Shown: piece by piece, positions 1 through 18,399 of the stretch
How the letters are laid out: every line of letters begins with the position of its first letter
How positions within the stretch are numbered: the first letter of the stretch is position 1
Source: the human T2T-CHM13v2.0 reference genome, Homo sapiens
NCBI RefSeq assembly: GCF_009914755.1
Contig: NC_060936.1
Length of the DNA stretch: 64,000 nt
Strand: one strand, 5' to 3'
The notes under the pieces: generated by a model
Databases searched by the model: none
The model's input: the letters and a program-made list of their open reading frames with translations, nothing else
What the model was told of the DNA's origin: nothing
Made by a program: the position numbers and the translations under genes

Positions 1-1509
<1,509 letters not shown>

Positions 1510-1769
1510 TAGTAGAGTAAAAGGAAAACATTCTGTAAATAAATTTAATAAACTATTATGGGTGCCATGAAGATGCTTTCTAGATATATGAAGGAATCAT
1601 ATCAAACAGTGTTTTAAATTATAAAATTTCCCTAAGTATAAAATCTTTCCTTACAAAATGACGAGTTAAGTATATTCCCATTTGACAACTTAAAAACTAA
1701 AGTATTGAGAAATTACATAACATGCCCATCATCATAGTCTGGCAAACAGCTTTTGGATACAAGCACTCC

Positions 1770-1885
1770 TTATTTGCTGTCTTCTGTCTCCCTCATCAAA
1801 TTGCAACCTTGGTAATATTGATTTGTATTTCCAGCAATTAACATTGTGCCTGGCATAGAGTAGATACTTAGTTAAAAGGTTTATT
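1770..1885 (+). mobile_element. L2 3'-end fragment
   Basis: gtatttccagcaattaacattgtgcctggcatagagtagatacttagtt resembles the L2 3' terminus. Confidence 0.55.
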
Positions 1886-2479
1886 TTCTCTTCCATATGT
1901 AGTTTCAAACTATCTTTTAAGCTATCTCTGTGCAGTCCGCCAGCACTGAAGACTGAGCCAAACCCTGCAGACCCAGTTATACAACATGAACCCAAATGAG
2001 CTATTATGGAATCATAAACTCTTCTAAAGTGGGTCTAATATGAGCATCAGCAGAGAAAAATGTCAGCTTGCATTAGCTTTAAAACTATAGTAATCTGTGT
2101 CTTAGAAATCCACATTTTGAAAGCCAGTATTTAATAGATTCTAATAAAAAAAGCCAATGATTATTCTTATTAGGGCGTGCACTTTTTTCTTTTAAATACC
2201 CAGCTGTATTCCAAACATAACAAACTTCAAATCATTAAAAGGTTCTGCTCTTTCCAGATCACTTAAAATTATTTCAGAAACAAAAGGATTTTGCATGGAT
2301 TCTCTCAATTATGAAGCAAAATTATGAATCCTAATGTAGGCTTAGATTGTTAATCTAAAACTGTTGAGTTTTCCTGGACTTGACTCTGGGCAACTATTAC
2401 CTGTGTGGAGCTCTTCCAGATAACTATTATTTTGGATGCTCTACAGATTGCTGCCTCAGCAGATTAAAATAAAAATAAA

Positions 2480-2640
2480 AAACTGAGTTCAAATTTGAAT
2501 CTACCAATGTTCTTGTGATGTTGAAACTCACTTGTATTTTTTATACCAGTTTTTTAATTGGGAAAATGAATGTTAATTTGATTTATGCACGTTCTCCCCA
2601 AAGATGTCAGTAGAAATTACTTAAAAGTGCTTAGAAATAT
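2480..2640 (+). mobile_element. Degenerate MIR
   Basis: ctgagttcaaatttgaatctacc...cagttttttaattgggaaaatg resembles the MIR core. Confidence 0.4.
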
Positions 2641-3229
2641 AATATATGGCATAATCATTATTTAATTAGCATATCAATAAAAATGATGTGACTTTTTGAG
2701 AACTAAGTCATGGAAGAGTATCTCAGACATGCACACAGAAATGGACTTGAGTACTTTGTTTCTGCTGTCTTGAATTTGTATATAATTCTGACATAATAGA
2801 AAAATGGCACTTTATATTATTTGTATTTCTAGAAAAAAATTTAAGTCCTCTTTTTGATCTAGCTCTTGGCAATAGATTAAATGAACTAATCTATTTGGCA
2901 AAATTTATTTGAGCTTTTTTTGGCAGCTACTTTTTAACATAATTTTAAAAAATTGTTTTACAAATTTTAAAGTTATTTAATTTTTGTTGGTCAGAACTTT
3001 TGTACCATGATATTTCTTGATCTCATCCCAAATCAATGACCTTATAAAACAAGCTGAATTAAAACACTCTTTAAGTATTATGTCACTTTGCACTTCTCAA
3101 ATAAATGACGCAACCGGAAATTATGTATGTTGGAAATAATTGCCAATTGAATCAACTCAGTACACAACAAAATTATTTGAGTGCTTTGAATTTTGTGAAA
3201 TATCAGACCCACTTAGATTTTCCCAATGA

Positions 3230-4140
3230 TCTGTAGTCTTTTTCTTACTTTGCGTCAGAATTACCAGGGTGATCCTCAAAGACTCATGTGATCTTCAGTC
3301 TTGTTAACGTGGCCTAACCCCACATTTGTGGATTGAAGTGGAGGCTTTTTCTGCTTATGGCCCCTGCCCCACCTTTTGCTGTCTGTGCATCTCTAGTCCC
3401 ATAGGAAATTCCCAGTCTTTGTTATTCCTGTTATGATGTCCTTTCCCTGACTTCAGGGGAATTGGTCAAAGCTGAGAGAATGTTGTGCTAATTTTCTTTT
3501 TAATCTCTTTATTGCTGAAAATGGGAAAAGGGTCAAGAACTTTGCACTGGTCTCAAAATTATCACTTAAAAACTGGAAGAAATTACAAACAGGATCTGGT
3601 CCTTTTTTGGCCATGGTATGGAATGCGGTGTCAGGAGCAGCTAAAGGGCAGGTGCCCTGATGTCCTGTCAGTCCTATTCAGCTGCCCTGAGCAAGATTAG
3701 GCAGGGTGTCTGTGGAACAGGGGATCTCTGAGGGAGGTGGGCACCCACAGACTGGAAGATTTTGACTGGAAGCTTTTACTGGTATCCCACTAGGAACTAA
3801 GCAGCCATTAAGTCTGCTTTTAGGAAATTTTCTGCTTTGTGTTTGACTACCAAGCCCCTATCATGACCCATAGAGTTGAGGTTGTTTCCCATTTGTCTTG
3901 ATCTTCCTGCATCCTATTTGTGTCTCCTGTATTTGGTTTTATGATTTCTCTGGTGGGCTGTTTCTATAGCCCTCTACTTCCAATGAACTCACTATGCTTT
4001 TTCTCTTCTTTTTCTCAAAACCCACAACTTCATAAAAAGCTTAGCTCTTTTGAATTAAGTCTGTGCATGTCTGTCCTTTAAACCCCAGGTCATTTAAACC
4101 ACCTGCAACTTGAGCATGTTAAAAGACAACAGGAGTTTTA
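3230..4140. mobile_element. Possible ancient LTR-like element, family not assigned
   Basis: About 0.9 kb of higher GC with LTR-like composition inside AT-rich flanks; termini and TSD not identified. Confidence 0.25.
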
Positions 4141-5814
4141 GCTGTTTTGTATGATTTTTCATTATTGCATATTATATTGTCTAACTTTGGTCCACTCCTT
4201 AAGCCACAATCTCCCTTTCAGAGCGAAAGGGTTATATTTTTGTGAACATAATCAACAGAAATTAAGGGGAAGCAGAGAGAGACAGCAAAAACAAAATCAC
4301 TGGACCAATGAAAGATTCTACCATTTACATAGAGGGAGGATATCATTCTATATTTATTGTATATTATTTTTCCTTCATAAATTTATTCTCCTTGTGAGAA
4401 TATACACTGTTTCCAGAAAGCACCAGTTTAATGCACATGGGCTCTCTCTATGGTGAAATCTATTGGAGACCCTATCCTTAAATCAAAGCTTGTGAAACAA
4501 AAAGAGGCCAGTCTTTAATGAGTTAGAGACCAAAGTATTTGGGGTAAAAAAGTGGAATCATTATCATTAGAAATGAGATTTCAATAAGATAAATGTTAGC
4601 CTGATATCCTAACCAGAACATGTTTATAGTGACCATAGTGACCCAATGGTTCTTATAGTCTCTTGTTTTGCCTGTTGGATTCTTAGCAACTGATAACTGC
4701 AGTAAGTCCCCAACTATTGATTTTTCTTTACAAATGGGGTTTATTTTAATGAATATAAAATGCCAACAAATTCACTTCTCTCAGAGATAGCAATCATTGC
4801 CTCAGAGTTCTGTAAACCAGATTTTGTGTAGAAACAAAAGAAATTCATACAAACAAATGACTCTTATTGACATATAGGCGAGCAAGTTAGTGGAGATCAC
4901 TTAAGATTACATATGCTCACATTTTACAGATCACACTCCAAGGCTAATAGCTGGTTTTCTCAGCAAGGTGAGCAAGTGACTCAGTTCTTTGTGGGTGTCT
5001 GTGATGACTGCAGCACTCACAGCCACTGTCTGATGTTGACCCCCTCTGATACTAGGGTCACCACAAAAGCTAGCTTAGGCCCAGACCTCTGCAGCTAGCA
5101 TAACTCAGTTTCTACCAACCGAGAGATTGCCAGGCCCAAGAAATGGCTTTTTCAATTGATCACACTTCACTTAAGGGCCACACCTGTGCACGCCTGCTCT
5201 GTGCGTTTGCACATTTATTTAGGTGTGAAAAATATCAACAAGTAATTTATCTTATTATAGAGAGAGTTTGATATATATGTGTACTGGCTTCTGATTTTTT
5301 AAGTATTTGTGTTTCTCTCCATTTATAAAATACCGTTTTCTTCAGTGGCTAAAGTATGGTGTAAGCAGAAATTATCTGACTATGCTATACAACTGTACCT
5401 ACATATTGCCTTATTAATAGAGTTTTCAAATTTGGTTTTATACTGTGTATTCAGTTTTATATACTGTTTGTGACTTACATAATGAATACTTTTCTTATAA
5501 TGAAACTTGATTTTGATAATGTATCCATTCTTAATTATACATTTAAGTGAAAGTGAATGAATTCAGAAGTAGAAATGGTGTTTAATGAGATCTGTAGAAT
5601 ATATGAAGCTTGTTAAATGTTGAGCAGAAGTACTACTGCTTATTCTGTTTATGTTTTCAAGCTTCCTTTTATGATCTTCCTTAAACTTTTTGTGTATGAC
5701 CTTTGATGTCTTTGTTTCCCCTATTGCACCCTTGCATTTTATCTCTCTCTGGTCTAAGATCAGTTATAAAAATGTACCAACAAGAACTGAAAATAAAACA
5801 AATGTGTATAATAT

Positions 5815-5995
5815 CTAGTAGTGGCTAAGGTCATAGACACTGTGCATCTGAATCCTACCGCTACACTTACCAGTTTCTTGGTTATTGTGGGCTAGGTAAT
5901 TAACCATTTAGATTCATTTTTATCATTTCTGAAATTAGGAAGATATTATTTCCTGGCAAAATTATGTGCCCAATAAACATTAGTTGCTAATATTA
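5815..5995 (+). mobile_element. MIR
   Basis: tagtggctaag...tctgaatcctaccgctacacttac...gggctaggtaattaacc...catttctgaaattagg...caataaacattagtt. Confidence 0.6.
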
Positions 5996-8344
5996 TTGTC
6001 ATCATTACTTTGTATAATATTATTACATTGAAGATACATTTTCTGCATAGTAGAAAATATACATTTTTTTGCAGATCTATATATTTTCTTAGCTTCTTCT
6101 GGGAATATAGAATAATATTATACCTAGAGGGCATGACTTGTGACTGGAATTTTGGAGAAATTGTAAATAAATTAATGTTATAGGCTCTGTTTCTCAAAAT
6201 CTTCCTCAGAGGTTGGGGATATAAGGCACAGAGATGTCAGATCTCAGTAACTTAGAAATTTGGGAAGTGAAGCTGTGAAGAAATATCCAAAATAGCTGCA
6301 TGAATGGGTAAGAAAGAGAGTTCAAAGCAACTCTATCCTATACAAAAATTTACCCTACAAAATTCCTCAGTTCAGGCTATTTTTTTGTTGTTGTTGTTTC
6401 TAGCTTGCTAATTATGTGCGGAACTGTGCTGAGCCCTGTACAGAATCATAGGTTAATAGATCTGGTTCCTGATCTGTCTGACTTTATCCAACTTTGTGTC
6501 CTACAGCCCATCAAATCTTTTTAGAATTGAAGGTACAGCCTTGCTCGAGGTTTGGTTTCATTCTTGTCTTACTCCGCCAGTAATTAATTCCTTTAGAGAT
6601 TTCTGTAATAGGACCTCTCGTAAAAGGCATGTGCCCATTAAATATTGAAAAATTGTTAAAATGTATTAGACTTCATACGATTTACCTACAGTTTTGCTTA
6701 TAATCAAATGTCTACTAAACATCTATGAATTTCATTTTTAATTTTGGCATTAAAAGGTTTTGTTTCTAATCTTATGTCTTTCCTGGAAGGAAATTTGCAA
6801 AGACATTTAATCTATTCCTTTTATACAGTATCTCTAACAATTTGGGAATCTTTGCCATTTCAAATAGATTATAGAAAAAAGTACATAAGTATTATTAAAA
6901 GTCTTACTTGGCATAAAGAGTTAAACATTTAAAAATACATAACATAATTTTTAGATTCACGAAGTACCTTTACTTAAAAATATGATATTTACTTTTCATG
7001 ATTTATTTAACTCACAAATATTTAATTTAGCTTAAAGTTAGGGTATTAGGTACCCTGTAAGTGTAGATGAATGGCAGGTTAAATTTGGTATTGATTTGGT
7101 TCTCCCATTGAAGTTGTAAAAGCAAGAACTATAAAAACTTAGTTATAATACTTTGTGTCCATATATTTGTCTTGGTAATCCAGAAACTGTGATATTAAAT
7201 CCATACAGCAAAGAAGAAATATTTAGTAGAAAGCATAATTTGACAATGAAATTTAAATAAAATGGACCCAATCTTTAGTATAACGTTGAAAATGACACCT
7301 TTAGTTAGTTAATATATTGTTGGTATACAATGGAATCAAATCTTAAGTAAAATTGTACACATTTTAGGTATTAAAATTATCTTTAAAACTATGCTTTCTA
7401 TGTCTTTTTTGTATTATATCTCTCTTATTTGCATTGCTTTTTCAATATGAATGTCTAATATTTTTAAAGTTGTCTAAAACAACAAATGTTTATTTATATA
7501 TACATACACATTTACATACATTAATAAATTATTACAATATAATTTTCAAAATTCATAGTGGATAAAATATAATTTTTACCAAAAAATAAATAGGGTTATT
7601 AAATTACTAGGATAAAGATATTATCAGTGAAATGAAATATATAATTACTGAGGACACTGTTTTTAGATATATTAAACTAAACCATTTATAATTTTTGAAG
7701 CAGAGTTCTTTTTTCAATGTCTTTTGTAGCTGTGCCACAGGGTGTGTCATTACGAAACAGGCACATACAGGCTGAGTATCAAACCTCTGCTGATTTGGTC
7801 ATTTTTTTACTTCATGTTGTGTATTTTTCTGCACACTGTGCTATTTTGCTGAGAGTAAAAAAAAGTTATTGTAGCTTTCAATCATTGATGCAGAATGCCA
7901 TTTATGTACATCATGAGAGCATGGGGTCTTTATAAAATTATCCCTCAGGTACATTGCAGGTACTGCTTCATACCTAGAACAAAATTTTCAGTGCTATATA
8001 GAGTTGGGACCATTATCAAGATTTAAAGGCAAAAGGAAAGTCATTTACTTCTCTTGTAACATGTATCTGTGTGTTAGATTTACAATTGTGCAAAATCTAT
8101 AACTGTAACTTTGAATCTCTTAGAATTTGTCATACTCCTAAGATGAAATTTAAACAGTCTCATTTTCAAGTTTCTTTCCTATCTATGTAAATCTTAAGGT
8201 CATAAATATTTTTTCTAAATAAGAGTTTAAATTAAATGTCATGATATCTTAAGTGTTTATGTTTTATAAGTTTTGGACTTCAAGAAATCTAATTACATGT
8301 CCAGAAAAGTAATAGCAAGTTTTTTTTTTTCCTTTGGTATTTTT

Positions 8345-8440
8345 GGAAATTATTTGTTACACTGCACTTGTGCTAGATATAAAAAGAATGAATAAGGAAT
8401 GTACCATGTTCTCAAGAAACTCACAGAGTTTTAAGAGAAA
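8345..8440 (-). mobile_element. L2 3' fragment
   Basis: tgtgctagatataaaaagaatgaataag...ttctcaagaaactcacag. Confidence 0.4.
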
Positions 8441-8744
8441 AATTATTAAAAATAAATGGTACAAGTGGCATAATATTGTTCAGAGTATATTGTACAAAAA
8501 TCATAATAGGTAATTTCATGTTTTATGAAAAAAATTTTCATAATTTTTCTAAAGGATTGTAATAAACATATTTTTATATTTTTAATCCTTATATAACTCC
8601 TTGACTTTATATATTTTGCTTAAATTTTTTGCACTATAAATATAGAAGTATAAATGAAGTTATTTTCTTGCCCAGGATCTCCTAGTAATAACTCAGATTA
8701 CAAATGATCAAAATTCCCAATTATTCTCTTGGATTATAATTCTG

Positions 8745-8910
8745 GATAGTATTCTAGGTGTTAGAGTTTGACATATCTAATTTCAGCCTAAATCATACCA
8801 TTTATTCTCTCTTAATATTTTTATGCCTTATTTTCTTACCTATAAAAAGGGTTCTGCAAGTCCCACCATACTAAGCTATCATGAATATTAAATGTGATAT
8901 GCATGAAGCA
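8745..8910 (+). mobile_element. Degenerate MIR
   Basis: tatgccttattttcttacctataaaaaggg...atgaatattaaatgtgatatgcatgaagca. Confidence 0.5.
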
Positions 8911-9149
8911 AAAGCTGTCTGGGAAGCAAATTAGACAGCTTCTGTTGAGAGCAGAAATCCGATAGGACAAAGCTTTCAGGAAATTTCCTGTAATGTTTTT
9001 TATAGGAGAGCATCATGATTAAAAGAAAAGATGTAAACCAATCATGCTTTGCAGCTTGCTAAAAATTAAACATATGTCTGTGCCTGGGCTTGTGAGTGTG
9101 TGTGTAGGTGTATGTGGAGAATTATCGAGCATCTCTGACTTTTTATACT

Positions 9150-12240
<3,091 letters not shown>

Positions 12241-12244
12241 AATT

Positions 12245-12935
12245 TTTTTTCTTTGGTTGAGTTATGTTTTCCTGTTTCTTTATGTGCCTTGTAACTTTCT
12301 ATTACGATCTACACATTTGAAAAAACAGTCACTTTTCCCAGGCTGTTCACAGAGGAAGGCCTTTACCCATCAGCTGGCTAGTGATTCTGGGGGCCACTCA
12401 AGCGTTTTTCTGTGGGTGTCTTCTCAGGAAGTGTGCACATAAATTTCCAATTAGAAGGATTTACTGGCTTCTTTTTGCAGGAAACTGTACTCTCTTTCTT
12501 CCTCTTGTGTCTGTTTGAAGTACTACAGGTTCTCTGCAGCTGCCATATGCTGCTCAGCTCTCCATTCTTTTCAGCAACTCCCTGGCTTCTAGAGTATGCC
12601 AGTCCCATCAGCACTCCAAAATAGAATAACCAGACCCTTGGGCAGCATCCTCAAAAACCAGAATGTTAGATGCAAACTCCAATTCTTTCCCTCTCTAGGA
12701 AGAAGCTGAGAGTTTTTCCCACTTGTTCCATGTGGAGCCAGTAAGCAACTATGGCCAGGGAGTACAACACGTTTTTCTGCCAGCTTTGATGCAGTGGTTT
12801 CATGCTCACTGAGGTGTAGGAGCCTCTTAACTGGTTTCTGGATTTCTCACAAAGGGAGTGTGTCCATGTACTATTGTCCATGGAGGGAAGGAGGGTCTGG
12901 GACTTTCTCTTCTGTCGTGTTGATAATATCACTTC
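12245..12935 (-). mobile_element. Probable L1M 5' region joined to the preceding L1 by an internal deletion
   Basis: tttcctgtttctttatgtgccttgtaac motif typical of antisense L1M 5' regions; abrupt switch from ORF2 sequence near 12245. Confidence 0.4.
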
Positions 12936-15469
12936 TGCCTATGATTCTTAAAATGTTAATTAACAGAGATATTCTGCACATCAGTTTTTATTCTTCAGGG
13001 CCATAGATATAAGCTCAGCAGTGTGGTCTGAGTCTGCTCTAGAATGGTTTGTGTTTTTTATTTGTTTGCTTATTTTTGTTTCTGGTAATCGGAGGAGCAT
13101 GTGCTATTGAGTGAGAGGACCACAGTCCATATCTGGACCCAGTGGACCCACGGTAAGCTGAGAAGCTAGGACTATTCATTTCACAGCTCCGAAACTCTAT
13201 TCTTTCATTTCTGAAGTGTGGATATTGTCGAATATTCATCTGGACCTTTGTAAGTGCATTGTAAATCTGTAAAACAACAAATTAAGGTTATTTATTATAT
13301 ATAATAACTACAGGACAGATCCAAAAGATGTAGATGTTGTTTTTTACCAACCTAATTCGTACAGCTGGTTCATTTTGACTGGTTACTACTTTTTCCTAAG
13401 TATAATGAGCACAGCAAAAAAAAAGCGTATTGAAAAATCTGGGTAATTAACCTTTTTGTTTTAGCTCTTCTTTGTATTTGGCTTACTTCTCTCATATATC
13501 TGAATGTGTTTATAGCCATTTAAGATATGCTGAGAACCTGAAAATTCAATTACTTATATAAATGTTTTACACTTAAATTAGTTCTAGATATTTGGTAGGA
13601 ACATGGGTATAAAAACATGAAATATAATCAAAGGTGAAAAGAATAGCCTCAGTTATTTATCTTATAAACTAGTGATTTTCATAATTTATTTTTTATGTTG
13701 AGATAACTAAGACAATAATTCAAGGTCTGTAATGCTGAGAGTCATATAAGCTTCTAAACAGCCATTTTTGGAAAGTACTCTATGGGAATGTAGCAATTTA
13801 CATGGCACATTTTCCCAAGGAATTTAGAGCAGTTCGTGACCCTTACGTAATTTGTGGGAGGTAAAATACGTGTGTCATTATTTGAAATCCCAAAGTCTAT
13901 GAATTGAATCAAGAAGCCTCTTTATAGGCTTTTCTGATTCAGGACAGCCAACCCTAACCAGACCTGGAACACACAATACTACTCATAGTTTTTGTCAGAA
14001 GGAAATTCAAAAATAGCACACCTAGAAGAATTGTCATTTTACACTGAGCCAACTGTCATAAACTGTGTGCTCCATGTGTTTCAATGGAACTGAAAACCCC
14101 AACTCAATTTTCTGCTGAACAAATGTTTAAACTGAAAAAAGCAACGAAGCCCACAAACAACCCTTTTACTTGATGCATATTTTTCTTTATCCTCTTGTTG
14201 GGTTGTTAGAATGGGAATTCTATGTAGAAGGAAAGGTATAAAAATGAATTCAATCGTGTTTGGTAGTATTTTCTACACTGTGTACTGGGCTGTGACTAAC
14301 ATACTTTATTTGATAGGGATTATAATCATCCTTTTTTCAGGAAAAGATGAATTCAGGGTTTTCTATAATTAATATACTCATACTCTTTCAGGAAAACTAC
14401 ATGCTGTGTATTTATACGTTAAAGCAACAGGTACTATAAAAATCTTGTTGATATTGTGTGTGGTAGTTTTCAGCTTTTTGATACTTAAGCCTTTGCTTTT
14501 ACAAAGCATTATGCTGGTATAGCTGTTTAGCAATAACTTTTGATTATTATGGGCCTAGTTGTGGTAATTTTACAAAATGGGCAGTATTCAGATTGCATGT
14601 AAATTGCAGTGATAGAAAAAAATAAAAAATATTCTTCTACAGTCTGGGAGAAATTTTGTTAAATCATGTTATTATATGGGTTGTTAAGTTCTTTGGAGTC
14701 TTTTGAAGAGTGTCCAGGCTGTTTCCATGCTTTGTTTATATAGGGAAATGATTGGAATAAAAGCAGGAACTGAACTATTCTTGAATTAATCCAAATGTTT
14801 ATATTATGGCATTATTGATAGAAATTTTGTCTTGTTACTTGGATATCATGCAGTGTTTATGAGGATAGCAGTTTTCTAGCCAAAATCTCACTCATGAAGT
14901 TCAGCTCTCCAATTTTAGAAATGATTTTTCTTTTTCTTCATGCATACATACTTGGCACAAACCTCAGTAAAGTTAGGCTCAGGTGAATGTTTACAGATTA
15001 TCATTCTGAATATGATTTTTTGAGGGGCATGATTGTAGCTTTTGTGTTATCAGCTATAGTAATTTTTGCAAGTTTTTTTTGCCTTTTGGGTTTTTACTAA
15101 ATGTTTTTCTACTATGTTATTAATTTTCTGTAAAATATGTTTATAGTGTCTCTATTCAGAGAGACAGAGACATAGAGAAAGAGAGCACATGCTCTCTCCA
15201 TGTAGAAGTGACAATGGTACTGGGAGATGGTGTGGTATGCCAAACATTTCCTCAGTCCTCTTTCCTTTACTAAGCCCTACATTTTACAGAAGTGACTGCG
15301 AATAAAGTAAACCAAGGAGATCTCTGTATGCCTTAACAACTTTTCAGTTTTGCAAAACTATAATAATTAATTCTTACAATAATGTTATTGAAAAGTTTTT
15401 TTTTTAAATTTGATTTATGGAGGGATTATGATGAGCCTCCTTAAAGAGGTTGGCATGCTGCTTAGACTA

Positions 15470-15570
15470 CATGGAGCCACTGAGCAGATACTAGTCAAGC
15501 TATGTGAACAGCACTCTGCTGGCTATTAAGAAGCCAATGACAAACAAAATAAATAGGATCTCTGCCCAGA
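15470..15570 (-). mobile_element. L2 fragment
   Basis: ctatgtgaacagcactctgctgg...aaacaaaataaataggatctctgcc. Confidence 0.4.
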
Positions 15571-15789
15571 TACAAATACATTTCAAGTTATGACATGCTG
15601 TGAAAGGCTTGAATCTTCTGGTTCACACACCTTCTCCCTGCCAGAAATCTGGGTGCAGAGCCAACCTTGTTTGCTTACTGGTCATGAAAATAAAGGAGGG
15701 TCAATTGGAAGATCCTGATCCATAGTTAGTTGATGCCCTTTCTGAGTCTCCACACAGATTTCGAGGAGTTTCTTCTTGGCAATCTTGAC

Positions 15790-15816
15790 TTTTTTTTTTT
15801 TTTTTTTTTTTTTTTT
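15790..15816. repeat. T27 homopolymer not attached to a recognisable Alu or L1
   Basis: Direct count of the T run. Confidence 0.95.
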
Positions 15817-17711
15817 ACATATATCTCTATTATAATAGGTCCCATTAATTAGAATTGTTCTATTTCAACCTTCTGCAACTTAAACAGTAAGTCCTTGCAG
15901 GATAGTGAAAAGCCTTTTTCATGTTGAATTGCTTCATACATATGAGATTTAAAGTGATGAATATGCGTGTTCATTCGTTTGTTCTTGAAAATATGAAAGT
16001 ACATTTGAGTTTTTGTATTTTTCTATTCATTAATTTTAAATGCCAAATAAATTATTACTTTTCTACATCCATTAAATGGGGATAACTCTTATCTCATTAG
16101 TTTACTGTGTAAATAAATGAGATAAAGTATATAACATATTCTAGATGCACATGTAAAGTATCAAGACATGTTAGATATTACTAATACTAAATAATACCAC
16201 ATTCTCTATTACAAATTTCTATAAAAATTGCATTTTTCATATAAAATTTTGGCTGTGACCGTATATGTGGGCACTTATGTATTTGTTTACAGACCTATCA
16301 GTTGATTATGCTTTTTCTGTATTTTTTTCTGAGAATAGAAATGTTAAAAAACTTTCATTCAATGCCTGCAAATAAATTAACTCAAAGATGTTCAATTCTA
16401 GAAGGAAACTTACAAATTATCTTGCCTGATATGCTCATATTATGAATATATAACTGGAGGAACAAAAAAATTAAAAAACATATTTAGGCCACTTTGGGGG
16501 GATTCAGTTTATTAAATAATATCTCAAGTGCTCAATAATATTTGCGATATCCTTCCTTTCAGTGCTAGAGTATTCAGCAATATACTGTGTTTGCCACCAG
16601 AAGGTGCTACAGGGAAATAAAACCAGCCTGTTTGAATGCTTTGTACTAGTATTTTTCCATTTGCTCTTGGTGGTGTCCTCTCTAGATCATTTCCTCCATT
16701 CAGTAATAGGTTTTCATATGGTATCAATATCCTATCTATGAAATTTCAAGGAGCTGACCATGGGCAAAAAAAGCAGGAAATAGAGAAGTCTTTAGAAATA
16801 GCATTATATGAAATATTTGAGAACATAATATTCATGTAATTGAAGATACTGTATAAATTAAGCTTTGCAATTTCTGTTAAAGCCAACTTCATAAAGAAAG
16901 TTTATGTTCTGTGCTAATTCAGATGTCAAATCTTTCAAAAGTGAATTTACACTCCCTTTAAAATATGGTAGAACTGAGAATGCTATTGTGGAATGCATAA
17001 TTCTAGAGTGAGTACATTTTATAATCTTGTCAGTAAATTCACTAACCTTAAAAGGTTTATTGTCTTTAAGCTTTCCTAAGTAAAAAATATCACCAGGTGT
17101 CTGTGTGTATTTTCTTCACATAGTTTATTTCAAGATAATTTAAGCATCTAGGCGATACTGGTATTAAACTTTTTTCCATTGAGGATTTCCCTTTTCTTTT
17201 CCATTTGGGAAATACAACATGCTTCCCAGATTCCAAATTTCACTGCTTATTTTTATGACTACTATAAAAGGATAAGAAGAGGATAAAATAGTAAAAGGGT
17301 AATAATATTATCCTGGGAGCTATTTCTGTATCTCAGTGCTAAAAGCCATCAAACTATATAGACATTTTTAAAAGTTCTTTTGTAATATTAATATAACTGA
17401 CGAAAAAGTGTTCATTTATCATTTCAGCAGGAAAAAGTATAAAATTTCTCTGGATATTTTTCTGGACATTTGCCGTGTACATTGTCATTTAACATGCCTT
17501 TGCAAGTTAGATAGTTTCCCCAGATTTTTTTTCTTTTAATTTCATGTGCTCAGTAAAAATGTGGCAGTCTTAAGCCCAACGCTGCAAACTATACTGGTAA
17601 AATAGGGTGGAAATCAGAGAAAGTGGTAGTTGTAGAGAGCTTGCTCGCAAACCATACAAAATTTGGAAAGGAAAAAAAAAAAGTGAACTCTTCTATACTC
17701 ATGTAAACTAT

Positions 17712-18199
17712 TGTATTAGTTTCCTGTTGTTGCTATAACAAAATATCACAAACTTGATGGCTGGCGACCACAAAAATGTTTATCTTACTGTTCTGGAATT
17801 CAGAAGTCCAAAATGGGCCTCACTGGGTTAAATTTAGGTCTCTACAGGGCTGCATTCCTTCTGGAAGATCTGTGGGCGAATCCATTTCATTGCTGTTTCT
17901 AGCCCTAAAGGCTGCCCTGTCTCTTGGCTGTGTTTCCCTTCTATCTTCAAAGCCTTCAATGGCTGACTGAATTTTTTTCATGCTGCATCACTCTGAATCT
18001 GACCCTTCTGCCTCATTCTCCACACCGAAAGAACACTTTTAATTACATTGGGCCTAACCGGATAATCCAGGACAAACTCCTTACTTTGAGGTCAACCGAT
18101 TAGCAATCTAATTTTCCCTTTCCATCTCATATATTCACAGGTTTCAAGGATTAGAATGTGGAAATCTTTGGAGAGGGGATTATTTTTCTGCCTTCCACA
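17712..18199 (-). mobile_element. MaLR solo LTR (MLT1C/D-like)
   Basis: Begins tgtattagtttcctgttgttgctataaca, contains gggctgcattccttctgga and gataatccaggac, ends ctgccttccaca (TG...CA termini). Confidence 0.85.
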
Positions 18200-18399
18200 T
18201 CTACCTTCTGTGCAATTTTCCCAGAGTTGAAATACTATGTGTGTAATTTGTTTAGCATTTTTCACTTACACTTGTGGTTTGGATTTTCTCGTGTTAGTGC
18301 TTTTCAGTGAATATCTTTTTCACAGCCACAGAACACTACAAGGAAAGAATTTACCATCATTTTCCTACCCATTCACCTAACATTGGCCACTTAACTTAT

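Noticed and set aside
1920-2035. Possible exon after ctctgtgcag (PPALKTEPNPADPVIQHEPK*)
   Set aside because: All three frames hit stops before a modest donor, and the peptide is not recognised.
3750-3785. Short tandem 14-mers (similar cases near 19696, 43293 and 61302)
   Set aside because: Two-copy micro-duplications are common. There is no repeat-spacer periodicity, so these are not a CRISPR-like array.
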